A DNA stretch of 64,000 bases, from contig JBGLNM010000001.1 in assembly GCA_041299705.1 (NCBI GenBank), positions 3,814-67,813 on the forward strand. The letters are read 5' to 3'. Position numbers and translations under genes: made by a program. Source of the DNA: Desulfobacterales bacterium (lineage in GTDB: Bacteria; Desulfobacterota; Desulfobacteria; Desulfobacterales; JBGLNM01). The notes under the pieces are model-generated. The model saw only the letters and a list, made by a program, of their open reading frames with translations, searched no databases and was not told the origin of the DNA. Of the stretch, positions 63,627 to 64,000 are shown in pieces. How positions within the stretch are numbered: position 1 is the stretch's first letter; each line of letters begins with the position of its first letter.

Positions 63627-63644
63627 CGTGTGCTCTTCCGATCT
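63627..63644 (+). other. Illumina TruSeq adapter remnant (CGTGTGCTCTTCCGATCT)
   Basis: Exact 18-nt match to the read-2 adapter 3' end, at the ligase/nifS-like boundary. Confidence 0.9.
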
Positions 63645-63645
63645 C

Positions 63646-64000
63646 ACCGGCGTGGCCGGCCTCTACATCCGCCGCGGCTCCCTGGTCTGGCCCCTGGTCG
63701 ACGGCGGCGTCCAGGAGCACAACAAGCGCGCCGGAACCGAAAACCTGACGGGCATCATCGGCATGGGCGTGGCCGCCGACCTGGCGCGCCGCGACCTGGA
63801 AAAGCGCCTGGGGCACCTCGAGAGGCTCAAGGCCCAGCTCCTCGCCGACCTGCCGCGCCACGTCGACGAGTACATCGTCAACACCCCGCAGGGCCCCAGC
63901 CTGCCCAACCTGGTGTCGGTCTCCATCAAGTACATCGAGGGCGAGAGCGTCATGCTGATGCTCGACGACGAGGGCATCGCCGTGGCGACCCGCTCGGCCT
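63646..64000 (+). CDS. Internal part of a NifS/IscS-type cysteine desulfurase gene (5' cut at the adapter, 3' runs off the window)
   Basis: ..GVAGLYIRRGSLVWPLVDGGVQEHNKRAGTENLTGIIGMGVAA...IEGESVMLMLDDEGIAVATRSA has class V aminotransferase / NifS motifs (RAGTEN). Confidence 0.8.

Overview
High-GC bacterial DNA (about two-thirds G+C by eye). The gene content includes HdrA, Qmo-like and HdrD-like modules, a rubredoxin/ROO oxygen-defence operon, system II cytochrome c biogenesis, a pentahaem cytochrome and UGA-selenocysteine genes. This points to an anaerobic Desulfobacterota-type organism (inference). I can support about 50 protein genes or gene fragments and one tRNA-Val. I found no rRNA, CRISPR, transposase or integrase. 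Three themes stand out. (1) Three in-frame UGA codons sit on conserved Cys positions and are each followed by a small hairpin with GGU in the loop. They lie in HdrA (a known selenoprotein family), an HdrD/CCG-type Fe-S protein, and a CobW-like G3E GTPase where UGA replaces the first Cys of the CxCC metal motif (the most novel-looking). (2) The window is not colinear. At 16 or more points genes lose their 5' or 3' ends abruptly, and three of these points carry Illumina TruSeq adapter remnants. rpoC lies upstream of rpoB, both are truncated, and rpoC contains a ~0.5 kb low-GC patch lacking the trigger loop. The simplest reading is concatenated or chimeric short contigs, so gene-neighbourhood inference is safe only inside blocks. 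(3) Two families of short-period intergenic repeats recur. One has period 6 (CGATTA/CGACAA/CGATTT-type tracts, often as inverted pairs). The other has period 7 (GGGTTCA, forming long hairpins and G4-type motifs). The best candidate for undescribed biology inside an intact block is 7955-10808: a UroD-family gene with an apparent HxC...C site (Zn-type motif from memory), two short G3E GTPases (one with Sec) and a His-rich unknown protein.
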